Part shown: piece after piece, positions 38,071 through 47,112 of the stretch | Numbering within the stretch: the first letter of the stretch is position 1 | How the letters are laid out: each line of letters begins with the position of its first letter | Assembly (NCBI GenBank): GCA_934747805.1 | Contig: CAKVHC010000001.1 | Span: 22,286 to 86,285 of the forward strand | Direction: 5' to 3' | Length of the DNA: 64,000 bases | From: an uncultured Clostridia bacterium | GTDB lineage: Bacteria; Bacillota; Clostridia; Christensenellales; UBA1242 | The notes under the pieces: model-generated | What the model saw: only the letters and a program-made list of their open reading frames with translations | Told to the model about the DNA's origin: nothing | The model's database searches: none | Position numbers and translations under genes: made by a program

Positions 38071-38550
38071 TTATCTTTTTGTTGAGTTATCACGCACGTT
38101 ATCAATGGCGATGATTAGGGCAACAATGAATCCTGCGTCTTCGCTGTCATTGATTTCCACTTGAAAGTTGTCTGCCAGCGACACAATGTTTGTGGTGACG
38201 GTGCCAATTTTTTCGCCATTCTTAACAATCGAATAGCCGCCAAATGTCCAGCCGTCGAGAGATATTTCATCTGCGAAACCAACGACGTCATATCCTGTCG
38301 AGAACCCACGATTCTTTACTCGGCACAGTTTTTGTTTGTTCGCATCGAAAATGTAAGCTGAGCGAGTCCAAAAGTTCCAAAATTTATTGCGAACGATGTA
38401 TAACAAGTTGCCGTTAGTGTCATAGATTTTTTTCGTCTTTCGAATGCTAAGAACCTTGCCTTTAACTTTAAAGATATCTTTGCCATTCTCGTCCTTGACG
38501 CTAGATGCACCGCCCAACGTCATGATTTTATTCTTTATATATAGTTTCAT
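38071..38550 (-). CDS. LURP-one-related / YxjI-like (tubby C-terminal-like fold) protein
   Basis: The pattern ...GKDIFKVKGKVLSIRKTKKIYDTNGNLLYIVRNKFW... is typical of the family as I recall it. A G8 tract serves as the SD. Confidence 0.5.
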   Translation of the reverse strand: MKLYIKNKIMTLGGASSVKDENGKDIFKVKGKVLSIRKTKKIYDTNGNLLYIVRNKFWNFWTRSAYIFDANKQKLCRVKNRGFSTGYDVVGFADEISLDGWTFGGYSIVKNGEKIGTVTTNIVSLADNFQVEINDSEDAGFIVALIIAIDNVRDNSTKR

Positions 38551-38565
38551 TCTTTACCCCCCCCA

Positions 38566-39072
38566 TTAGTTAGTAGCACAAAGCAGTGCAATCAATGTTA
38601 TAGCCAACACAATCCAGGCACACACATGCGAAACTTTCAATATTTTCTTTCTCTTCTTTGCCTGCTCATTAAATTCGTAAATATTTTGCTCTTCTTCCAC
38701 CTGATTATCACCCAAAACGTCAATGGCACGAGCTTTATCTTTGGTCTGATTAAATTTTAGCGTCACATTATTTTCTTCGCCAGAAAGATGCAACTTTGCA
38801 CTGTAACTAATTACAAATAAATTTTTGTCAGCCTTTGGATTGAGAATGCCGAAAAGCGAAAAGATATAGAAGCACATTTGCACCAGCCACCAGCAAGGGC
38901 CGTTAAGTTCGAGAACATTGAACACTCGCACCGAAACGACATCTTTTTGCGTTTGGTAGTTAATGACGGCCGACTCATTGCGATTACGTTTGTATGGAAC
39001 AATCTCGCCGTCAATCTCAACGCAAGGTTTAAGGTTGTAACCGCCTTGCAATTTCAAATTTAGTTTTTTCAT
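38566..39072 (-). CDS. Hypothetical membrane protein
   Basis: Start taken at the ATG at 39072, which overlaps the upstream stop (TAATG). Hydrophobic segments are CWWLVQMCFYIFSLFGIL and CAWIVLAITLIALLC. Confidence 0.5.
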   Translation of the reverse strand: MKKLNLKLQGGYNLKPCVEIDGEIVPYKRNRNESAVINYQTQKDVVSVRVFNVLELNGPCWWLVQMCFYIFSLFGILNPKADKNLFVISYSAKLHLSGEENNVTLKFNQTKDKARAIDVLGDNQVEEEQNIYEFNEQAKKRKKILKVSHVCAWIVLAITLIALLCATN

Positions 39073-39503
39073 TAATTTAACCCCATAATAAAATATAACG
39101 CACCAAATACGACTGCCAGCACCACTCCCACAATCGACAATACAAAGCGAGTGGTGGATTTGGATTGTTTCTGACAGCACAAAATAATGAGCGAAGTTAC
39201 GCTAGCAGCAAGCGTCACAGCCAGCACATATGGAAAAGCCTTGTGACTTATGTCTATAACCTTTACCATAATAGAACTGCTGTCAATGAATAGCCAACGC
39301 ATTAATTGTTTGTTGGCTAAAAAGATTGTGCCAAGTGTTCCGATCGTCAAAAGCAAACCAAATGAAAAAGTAAACAAATAGAACACGAACGACATAACCG
39401 AACCCAACAACACCAAAGCCATAAGACTCAAGCCCAAAATGGAGTAGTTGGATAAAATATTGCCCAGATGCGATATATATATGTTCTTGTAGTTAGCTTT
39501 CAT
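39072..39503 (-). CDS. Hypothetical multi-pass membrane protein
   Basis: Four hydrophobic helices. Translationally coupled to the downstream gene. Confidence 0.5.
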   Translation of the reverse strand: MKANYKNIYISHLGNILSNYSILGLSLMALVLLGSVMSFVFYLFTFSFGLLLTIGTLGTIFLANKQLMRWLFIDSSSIMVKVIDISHKAFPYVLAVTLAASVTSLIILCCQKQSKSTTRFVLSIVGVVLAVVFGALYFIMGLN

Positions 39504-39795
39504 TGCCCACCTCTATATTTATTAATTTCATTGTACACAATTTTGTTGACATTGGCAACCAAATTATTGATATTGGTTATGTGAAATTTATTTATTTTAA
39601 AAAATATTTATTATTTATTTCATTATTAAATTATTTTTATAATTAATATTTTATTTAATAAAAAAGTATTTTATTTGATGAAAAAATAAAAAAATAGCGA
39701 TTTTAACGCTATTTTATTAATATTTTTGCAATTTTTTGCAATTTTTTTAATATATAATATTTTTTTAGAAATAATTCAATATTTATCTTTTTTAA

Positions 39796-40389
39796 TTATT
39801 GGTCGGTTGGAATTTTCAACATTACTGTGCCTTGTTTTTCTAAACAGAGAGGACATTTGTCCCATGCTTCTTTACCTTCGGCTTCATAGCCACACGAACC
39901 ACATTTCCATTTAGTTGCCTTGGTCTTTTTGTACATTGTTTTATCTGCAACCTGTCTGTGTAGTTCATGCAAAATTTTGTGGTGGCAGGACTCCACTTGA
40001 ATAATGTCGTCATAAAGTTCGGCAATGTCTTTAAAACCTTCTTTGAGCGCAATATCTCTATAGCGTGGATAGACAATCGCAAACTCATCTTTTTCGTCTT
40101 CGCTAGCCACTTTCAAGTTTTCTGCCAAATCCCATTTCTCTTTGAACGGATATCCCGAGCACACTTCAATGTTGGTGATTGTGTCCTTGCTGGCGTCTTG
40201 AATTTTGGTGTAGAACATTCGTGCGTGGTTAAACTCATTGTACACGAGTTGGTCTATTTGCTGTGCCAGTTGTTCAAAGCCTTGCATACGTGCTCCATAT
40301 TCAATAAACTTGTATCTCACCATTGCTTGACATTCGCCTGCAAATGAATTGGCCAGATTTTTAATTGTTTCACTTTCAATCAACTTCAT
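39796..40389 (-). CDS. Rubrerythrin-family protein
   Basis: Ferritin-like diiron domain (E..H pairs) plus a C-terminal CGSCGY...CPLC rubredoxin-like motif. Confidence 0.85.
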   Translation of the reverse strand: MKLIESETIKNLANSFAGECQAMVRYKFIEYGARMQGFEQLAQQIDQLVYNEFNHARMFYTKIQDASKDTITNIEVCSGYPFKEKWDLAENLKVASEDEKDEFAIVYPRYRDIALKEGFKDIAELYDDIIQVESCHHKILHELHRQVADKTMYKKTKATKWKCGSCGYEAEGKEAWDKCPLCLEKQGTVMLKIPTDQ

Positions 40390-40465
40390 AATATCTTTCT
40401 CCCCATAGGCTAATGATTGACAATAAACAAACTAATATTCAACAAAAATCAGCACGCAAAAAATA

Positions 40466-40755
40466 TTGACAAAGTTTTTGCGGAATGCTAAAATCTAGTT
40501 AGTTTAATAAAAATGCGTTACCATCAAGGACAGGAGCGATAGCAATGTGCGATTGAGAGAGTTGACATTTGGTGCGAGTCAATGAACACAGCTATGAGTG
40601 CTTATCACCTTTGAGAGCAAGAGAGTGAACGGGCGACCTATTAACTTTTCTCGGCAGACTACCGTCATACAGTCAGCGGATGATTGTCCGTGCAAATAAG
40701 TGGTTATACAAAGGCTCTTTGTGTCTTATCTGCGCAAAGGGCGTTTTTTATTAAA
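40466..40755 (+). promoter_or_regulatory. Promoter plus T-box leader (Ile specifier) of ileS
   Basis: TTGACA-17-TAAAAT at 40466-40494. There is an AGAGA box, a candidate specifier ATC-A at 40604-40607, a degenerate T-box AAATAAGTGGTTATACAAAGG, and a terminator CTCTTTGTG...CGCAAAGGG plus T run just before the ileS SD. Confidence 0.7.
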
Positions 40756-40772
40756 TAAATAAGGAGAGAACA

Positions 40773-43700
40773 ATGAAAAAAGAAGTTGCAATGCCCAATT
40801 TTATAGAAATGGAACACAACGTGCTTTCATTTTGGGATAAGGAAAAATGTTTTGACCGCCTTGTAGACAAGAACCGTGACAGCAAAAAGCGTTTCCGCTT
40901 TCTTGACGGTCCAATGACTGCCAACAACCCAGCCGGAGTGCACCACATTTGGGGCAGAACGCTGAAAGACGTTTCTATCAAATATCACTCACTCAAGGGC
41001 GAAAGCTGTCAATATCAAAACGGCTTCGACGCACAAGGACTTTGGGTAGAAGTGGAAGTAGAAAAGTCGCTTGGACTTAACGGCAAGCCAGAAATCGTGA
41101 AATACGGCTTGGACAAATTCACCAACGCTTGTATGGACCGAGTTAAGCACTTTGCCAACATCATCACCAACCAATCAATCCGTATGGGACAATGGATGGA
41201 CTGGGATCACAGTTATTTCACCAACACGGATGAAAACATTACTAGCATTTGGTACTTTTTGAAAGAATGCGACCGTCGTGGCTGGCTAGTCAAGAAATTT
41301 AGACCAATGGTCTGGTGTCCACGTTGTGGCACAAGCCTATCCGATCACGAAATGGTGGGCAGCTACAGTGAAGTAACTCACACTGCTCTATTTATCAAAC
41401 TGCCAGTGAAAAATAAAGACTTCAAAATGGTGGCTTGGACCACAACCCCTTGGACACTCAGTGCCAATGTGGCTCTTGCCGTAAACCCTAACTTAGACTA
41501 TGTAAAAGTCAATTTCCATGGCGAAAACATTGTACTCGGCAAAGACAGCCTAAAGATCCTCAAAGAAAAGGTGGAAATCCTTGACGAGTTTAAGGGCAGC
41601 GAACTCGTTGGCCTTGAATACGAAACCTGCTTCCCAGAGCTTGAGAAACAAAACTTTGTTCACAAAGTGGTCGCATGGGAGGACGTTGACGCCACCGAAG
41701 GCAGCTGCGTCGTTCACATTGCACCAGGCTGTGGTGTGGAAGACTTTGAGTTGGGTCAGCGACTTGGCTTGCCTGCGATCTGCCCTATCAACGACAACGG
41801 CGTACTGCTTGACGATTGCGGTTTCTTGGCTGGCAAGAAGACGACCGACGTCGTAGATTTGGTCGTAAATCGCCTTAAAGCCGACAACAAACTTTTGTAC
41901 GCACACCCTCACAAACACAGCTATGCTCATTGTTGGCGTTGTAAGACTGACATTGTGTACAAATTGGTGGACAGCTGGTATATCAAAGTGGACGAGCTCC
42001 GTCCAATGCTTTTGAACGCAATTGAAGACGTAACATTCCAACCAGAATACGCAAAGAAACGTATGCAAGACTGGTTGAACAATATGGGCGACTGGCCAAT
42101 TAGCCGCAGCCGATTCTATGGCTTGCCTTTGCCATTCTATGTTTGCCCTGAGTGTAAAAAAGTGCATGTCATCGGCAGCCTTGACGAGCTAAAAGCACGT
42201 GCTGTCGACCCACATTTAGTGGACAAAATGCCTAACATACACCGCCCATGGATTGACGACATCAAAATCAAATGCGATTGCGGAGCGGAAATTAACCGTA
42301 TTACTGACGTGGGCGACTGCTGGCTAGACTCCGGCATTACTCCATTCAGCACGAAAAAGTATTTCACAGATAGAGAATACTTTAACAACAACTTCCCTAG
42401 CGATTATGTGTGCGAAATGATTGAGCAAGTGCGTTTGTGGTTCTTCTCAATTTTGGTTATGAGCGTTGTGCTCACAGGCAAAGCACCTTACAAACGAGTG
42501 GTCACTCACCAATACGTAAAAGACGAGAACGGCAACGAGTTCCACAAGAGCGGTGGCAATAGTTTGCTTGCCGATGTTGTGGCTGACAAAGTTGGCGCTG
42601 ACACCATCCGCTATTTGTACGGCGGAGCGAATCCAACAATGGACGTTCGTTTCGGCTACAACCTTGCCGACGAAGCAAGACGTAAATTGCTTGGTTTTTG
42701 GAATACATACACTTTCTTCAACACTTATGCCTCGATTGACAATCCTGACATTGCAAGTTTTACACCAAACACAAGCGATTTCACCAAAGCGGACAAATGG
42801 CTGATTGAATCTATCAATAAATTCGTGCGTGACAGTGACCGCAACTATGCGGACTATAAATCTTATCTTGTGGTGAAAGATTTTGAAGTGCTGATTGACG
42901 ATATCTCCAATTTCTACATCCGCACCAATCGTAAACGTTTCTGGAAGAGCGAGAATCACAACGATCAAATGACAGCATACTGGTGCTTGTATAACGCAAT
43001 CAAAAACATCTGCATTGTAATGGCACCAATCACTCCATTCCTGACCGAACACATCTGGCAAAACATGGTGCGTGAAGTGGAGGCAAACAGCCCAATCAGT
43101 GTAATGCTTGCCGACTTCCCAACTTCTATGCTTGACGTTAAATTTGAAAACGTTTTGGACGACACTCAAAACGCACGTGAGGTGATTACAATTGCATCAC
43201 GCTTGCGTAACGAAAACCAAATCAAAGTCAAACAACCACTCAAAACTATGTATCTTGTCGTCAATGACGAAACGACGCGTGCATGCACCGAGTTTGAGTC
43301 AATGATTAAAGAAGAGTTGAATATCAAGGAAATTGTGTTTGAAAAAGACAACCACAAATTCAACATTCCATTCCTAACAATCGACTTCAAAAAAGCTGGT
43401 GCTGTGCTTAAGGGCGACGTGCAAAAAGTGAAAAATTTGCTCGCTAATGCGTCAGACGACGAAATGGCAAAACTTGTTGGTGAATACAACGACGGCAAGG
43501 TTTCTGTTGGTGAATTTAAAGACTTAGACAAAGAATTGTTTGTACTCAATTTCAAGCCAAAGAGTGAGTTTGTTGTGGCCACCGAAAACGGCAAAACCGT
43601 CGTGCTCGACACCACAATCGACGAAGAGTTGACGCTGGAAGGCATGTATCGTGAATTCGTACGTGGCTTGCAAGTGATGCGTAAGGAAAGTGGTTTCATG

Positions 43701-43886
43701 ATTGAAGACCGCATTATTGCCGAGTTCACCACTACAAGTGACAAGGCACAAAAGATGCTCGACAAATTCTTGCCAAAGATTATGGTTGAAGCACTTATCA
43801 AGAGTGTGGACAAAGTGGCAACCCCACAAGCCGAGAACGATATCGAAACTCAAGATGAAATTGTACACGTCAAACTATCTAAATAA
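40773..43886 (+). CDS. ileS: Isoleucine--tRNA ligase
   Basis: 1037 aa with a class I aaRS HIGH-like region (PAGVHHIWGR), a KMSKS-like region (FHKSGGN) and Zn-binding CPRC/CWRC/CPEC motifs. Confidence 0.97.
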   Translation: MKKEVAMPNFIEMEHNVLSFWDKEKCFDRLVDKNRDSKKRFRFLDGPMTANNPAGVHHIWGRTLKDVSIKYHSLKGESCQYQNGFDAQGLWVEVEVEKSLGLNGKPEIVKYGLDKFTNACMDRVKHFANIITNQSIRMGQWMDWDHSYFTNTDENITSIWYFLKECDRRGWLVKKFRPMVWCPRCGTSLSDHEMVGSYSEVTHTALFIKLPVKNKDFKMVAWTTTPWTLSANVALAVNPNLDYVKVNFHGENIVLGKDSLKILKEKVEILDEFKGSELVGLEYETCFPELEKQNFVHKVVAWEDVDATEGSCVVHIAPGCGVEDFELGQRLGLPAICPINDNGVLLDDCGFLAGKKTTDVVDLVVNRLKADNKLLYAHPHKHSYAHCWRCKTDIVYKLVDSWYIKVDELRPMLLNAIEDVTFQPEYAKKRMQDWLNNMGDWPISRSRFYGLPLPFYVCPECKKVHVIGSLDELKARAVDPHLVDKMPNIHRPWIDDIKIKCDCGAEINRITDVGDCWLDSGITPFSTKKYFTDREYFNNNFPSDYVCEMIEQVRLWFFSILVMSVVLTGKAPYKRVVTHQYVKDENGNEFHKSGGNSLLADVVADKVGADTIRYLYGGANPTMDVRFGYNLADEARRKLLGFWNTYTFFNTYASIDNPDIASFTPNTSDFTKADKWLIESINKFVRDSDRNYADYKSYLVVKDFEVLIDDISNFYIRTNRKRFWKSENHNDQMTAYWCLYNAIKNICIVMAPITPFLTEHIWQNMVREVEANSPISVMLADFPTSMLDVKFENVLDDTQNAREVITIASRLRNENQIKVKQPLKTMYLVVNDETTRACTEFESMIKEELNIKEIVFEKDNHKFNIPFLTIDFKKAGAVLKGDVQKVKNLLANASDDEMAKLVGEYNDGKVSVGEFKDLDKELFVLNFKPKSEFVVATENGKTVVLDTTIDEELTLEGMYREFVRGLQVMRKESGFMIEDRIIAEFTTTSDKAQKMLDKFLPKIMVEALIKSVDKVATPQAENDIETQDEIVHVKLSK

Positions 43887-43888
43887 AA

Positions 43889-43912
43889 AAAAAGTGGCAC
43901 ACGCCACTTTTT
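43889..43912. terminator. Palindromic hairpin AAAAAGTGGC-ACAC-GCCACTTTTT (copy 1), bidirectional terminator between ileS and the SpoU gene
   Basis: Read directly from the sequence. An identical copy lies at 44474-44497. Confidence 0.8.
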
Positions 43913-44436
43913 TAGTCTTCACTACGTAAATAATCTTCTGTCATTTTATAGCCAGCAATTGCCAGTGCTGTTGCCACGTTCATAGACGAGTTCTTGCCAT
44001 ACATATCTATGTGCACCGCTCCGTCAATTTGACATAGCACATTTTCGCTAACACCATAATTTTCATTGCCCACTATGAGAGCCAGTTTGCCTAACCTTGC
44101 AAAATTCACTTCTCTCAATGATTTACTTTTATTTGTAATCTCGAGTGCAATTTTTGTGAATCCATTGTCATCTAAATATTTCAATGCTGTTTCGGCATTA
44201 TTAAAAACCATATAAGGAATGTGTCGTTCGCATGACCTAGCTGTTTTCTTAATTTTATTCATGTCCAAACTACTTTTAGAAATGATAATTATCCCCGAAA
44301 AATTGAAAACATCTGCAATTCTAAATGCACTGCCAATATTTTCGCAATGGTCCAATTCATCTAGCACAATGACAGATGGATTATTTATTTCTTTTTGCAC
44401 TTCTTTAAACTCATTGTGGCTCAACTGTTTTTCCAT
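43912..44436 (-). CDS. SpoU/TrmH-family RNA 2'-O-methyltransferase
   Basis: ENIGSAFRIADVF, LIVGNENYGVS and IDMYGKNSSMNVATALAIAGY motifs. Start taken at MEKQ (44436), because the upstream part of the ORF runs through the hairpin. Confidence 0.8.
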   Translation of the reverse strand: MEKQLSHNEFKEVQKEINNPSVIVLDELDHCENIGSAFRIADVFNFSGIIIISKSSLDMNKIKKTARSCERHIPYMVFNNAETALKYLDDNGFTKIALEITNKSKSLREVNFARLGKLALIVGNENYGVSENVLCQIDGAVHIDMYGKNSSMNVATALAIAGYKMTEDYLRSED

Positions 44437-44473
44437 ATTCTCAATTATATTCTGTGCATAACATTTGTAAAGC

Positions 44474-44497
44474 AAAAAGTGGCACACGCCACTTTTT
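44474..44497. terminator. Palindromic hairpin, copy 2 (identical to 43889-43912)
   Basis: AAAAAGTGGCACACGCCACTTTTT read directly from the sequence. Confidence 0.8.
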
Positions 44498-44498
44498 T

Positions 44499-44699
44499 TT
44501 AATCTTCCAAACCAATAATATAGTCGGCAGTAACGCCATAAATTTTGGCTAGAGTGATTAACATATCTATGCTGATTTCTAAATTTCCTAATTCATACTT
44601 ACTATAGTTTGAGCGGTCGATCTGCAATTCATTTGCTATGTCTTGTTGCGTGAAGCCACCATTTATTCTCAGTTCTTTTAATCTTTTGCCAATGTTCAT
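44499..44699 (-). CDS. XRE-family HTH transcriptional regulator (66 aa)
   Basis: GFTQQDIANELQIDRSNYSKYELG. Confidence 0.7.
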   Translation of the reverse strand: MNIGKRLKELRINGGFTQQDIANELQIDRSNYSKYELGNLEISIDMLITLAKIYGVTADYIIGLED

Positions 44700-44706
44700 A
44701 ATAATT

Positions 44707-45075
44707 TTAGTCTTTCTTTATAAAATCAATCATTGATTTTTTCTTTTCAGCAGACATAGATGCGAGTAATTCTTCCAATTCCTTATCTTCGTTGTATGTG
44801 GCAATGTTCTTACTGAAAAATCTCTCAATAGGAAATTCACAAACGTCCAATATCTTCAATAATATCTGCATAGACAAGTTTATGTCTTGACTTTCGACCT
44901 TGCCGACGTAGTTTTCACTCATACCTATGCGTAGACTTAACTCTCGTGCCGACAAGTTCTTCAAATTGCGGACATAACCGATACGCAATAATATTTCTTT
45001 AATAGTTAAATTATTTTCCATACCACAATTATATTTCAACATTCTTTTAACCATACATATCATTAATATTAACAT
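44707..45075 (-). CDS. XRE-family HTH protein (start uncertain, possibly the ATG at 45021)
   Basis: LSARELSLRIGMSENYVGKVES helix-turn-helix. Confidence 0.6.
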   Translation of the reverse strand: MLILMICMVKRMLKYNCGMENNLTIKEILLRIGYVRNLKNLSARELSLRIGMSENYVGKVESQDINLSMQILLKILDVCEFPIERFFSKNIATYNEDKELEELLASMSAEKKKSMIDFIKKD

Positions 45076-45149
45076 TTGACAAAAGTCTCAATTATGCATA
45101 TTATTATGGTGTAAATAGGTATTAATAATAATTACAAAAGGTGTAAATT

Positions 45150-45668
45150 ATGGAAATACATACAAATAGGGTGCATGCATGTACTTTTATTGGGCATAGA
45201 AAGGCTGATTTGAGCCAAGAGCAGATTGAAAAAGTTAAGAGTGTTGTTGAAAGTCTGATTGTTGAACATGGGGTCAGTGAATTTTTGTTTGGCAGTAAGA
45301 GTGAGTTTGATAGTTTATGTTGGGAGATTGTAACTGAATTAAAACGAAAATATCCGCACATTAGGCGGATTAATGTGCGTGCGGAATATAGATATGTTTA
45401 TGACGATTATCTTTCGTCACTTTTGACCTATTATGAAGAGAGTTTTTATCCAGATGAGATTGCAGATGCTGGGCGACAAGTGTATGTGGCACGCAACAGA
45501 TATATGATTGACCGAGCGGAATATTGTGTGTTTTATCTATTGGAAAATTACACACCACCGCAACAGCCGTTGCGAAAGCACTGCATAACGCCTATCTCGG
45601 CTAAAAGCGGAACAAAGGTGGCCTATGAGTACGCCAAACGCAAGAAACGAGAGATTATTCTAATCTAG
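45150..45668 (+). CDS. SLOG-family / DUF1273 (YpsA-like) protein
   Basis: ACTFIGHRK...GVSEFLFGSKSEFDSLCWEIV pattern typical of DUF1273 as I recall it. Confidence 0.55.
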   Translation: MEIHTNRVHACTFIGHRKADLSQEQIEKVKSVVESLIVEHGVSEFLFGSKSEFDSLCWEIVTELKRKYPHIRRINVRAEYRYVYDDYLSSLLTYYEESFYPDEIADAGRQVYVARNRYMIDRAEYCVFYLLENYTPPQQPLRKHCITPISAKSGTKVAYEYAKRKKREIILI

Positions 45669-46117
45669 TGCATGTTTACAAATGTGATAAAAATCAGAAC
45701 CAATACAGCACAAGCAAGAGCGTAAAAATCCAACGCAATTGGTTTGCACTTATTGGCGACATATGTAATCTGAAAGGGTTGAATGGTGGCTGTGGCTCAC
45801 GGCGTGCCAAGATTGTAGTAACCAACAACAGTGACAGTCAGATTCCAAGTCCTGTGTAAGACCTAAAACGGCCGGATAGAAAAGGGAACGCTTAATAGCG
45901 TTTCTTTTTTGATTATTCGCAAGAAATGTGTCCTAATATTTCAAAATCCATGTTTCTTTCCATGTTCTATTGTGCGGAAATATATGTTTTCACATATTTT
46001 GAACCCAACTCTAACAGAGCTAGATTTTTTCAAAACTTATCGAACAAATGTTTGAAAAACGTTTGCAAATTTACATACAATGTGGTAATATATTTGCGTA
46101 AAAGTTTAGGAGAAGTT

Positions 46118-47110
46118 ATGGAAAACGCAGATAAGACTAAGGCTATTGAACAAGCCATTTTGCAGATTGAGAAACAATTTGGCAAGGGTTCTATTATCAA
46201 AATGGACGAAACGGCTGTGGCTGACGTAGACGTTGTCAGCACAGGATGTTTGACATTGGACGTTGCTCTCGGCATTGGTGGAATGCCTAGAGGCAGAATT
46301 ATTGAGATTTACGGACCAGAATCCAGTGGTAAGACAACTGTGGCTTTGCACGTTGTGGCAGAGGTACAGAAGAAGGGCGGCATTGCAGCATTCGTGGATG
46401 CCGAGCATGCGCTTGACCCACTCTATGCTCAGAAGATTGGTGTCAACATCAACGAATTGTACGTTTCGCAGCCAGACACTGGTGAACAAGCTTTGGAGAT
46501 TGTGGAGCAACTCGTTCGCAGTGGCGGTGTAGACATTGTAGTCGTTGACTCAGTGGCAGCGCTCACCCCACGTGCCGAAATTGAGGGCGAAATGGGTGAC
46601 AGTTTTATCGGTGCGCAAGCAAGACTTATGTCCCAAGCGTTGCGTAAACTTACAGCCATCACTTCAAAGAGCAAGACAATAGTTTTGTTCATCAACCAAT
46701 TGCGTGAAAAAGTCGGCGTAATGTTCGGTTCCCCTGAAACCACACCTGGCGGCAAGGCATTAAAATTCTATAGTTCTATCCGCCTTGACGTCCGCAAAAC
46801 TGACACACTTAAAAACGGACAAGAAATGTATGGCAACCGCACCAAAGTGAAAGTGGTTAAAAATAAACTTGCTCCTCCATTCAAAGTGGCAGAATTTGAT
46901 ATCATCTATGGACAAGGCATTAGCCAGGTCGGTTGTATCTTGGACATGGCGCTCGAATTTGGCATCGTGGAAAAGAGCGGCAGTTGGTTCAGCTACAACG
47001 GAGACAAGATTGGACAAGGCCGTGACAATGTTTGCGAATATTTGAAAGTGAACAGCGACCTAATGGAACAGATTAAACAACAAGTTCTCGACGCAATGAA
47101 AAAGAATTAG
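46118..47110 (+). CDS. recA: Recombinase RecA
   Basis: [26 protein letters not shown]..., Walker [10 protein letters not shown]. The upstream extension of the ORF (45926) is rejected, and SD AGGAGAAG precedes the ATG at 46118. Confidence 0.97.
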   Translation: MENADKTKAIEQAILQIEKQFGKGSIIKMDETAVADVDVVSTGCLTLDVALGIGGMPRGRIIEIYGPESSGKTTVALHVVAEVQKKGGIAAFVDAEHALDPLYAQKIGVNINELYVSQPDTGEQALEIVEQLVRSGGVDIVVVDSVAALTPRAEIEGEMGDSFIGAQARLMSQALRKLTAITSKSKTIVLFINQLREKVGVMFGSPETTPGGKALKFYSSIRLDVRKTDTLKNGQEMYGNRTKVKVVKNKLAPPFKVAEFDIIYGQGISQVGCILDMALEFGIVEKSGSWFSYNGDKIGQGRDNVCEYLKVNSDLMEQIKQQVLDAMKKN

Positions 47111-47112
47111 TT

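Noticed and set aside
39540-39790. The AT-rich tracts here and at 63440-63730 were checked for CRISPR-like or tandem-repeat structure.
   Set aside because: No direct repeats of 20 nt or more at regular spacing were seen, only short low-complexity words. The tracts are kept as a low-interest finding for their shared collinear words.
45926-46117. A 64-codon N-terminal extension of recA appears in the ORF track.
   Set aside because: Canonical RecA begins at [13 protein letters not shown]... (46118), which has its own SD. The extension is unlike any RecA and overlaps promoter-like DNA.
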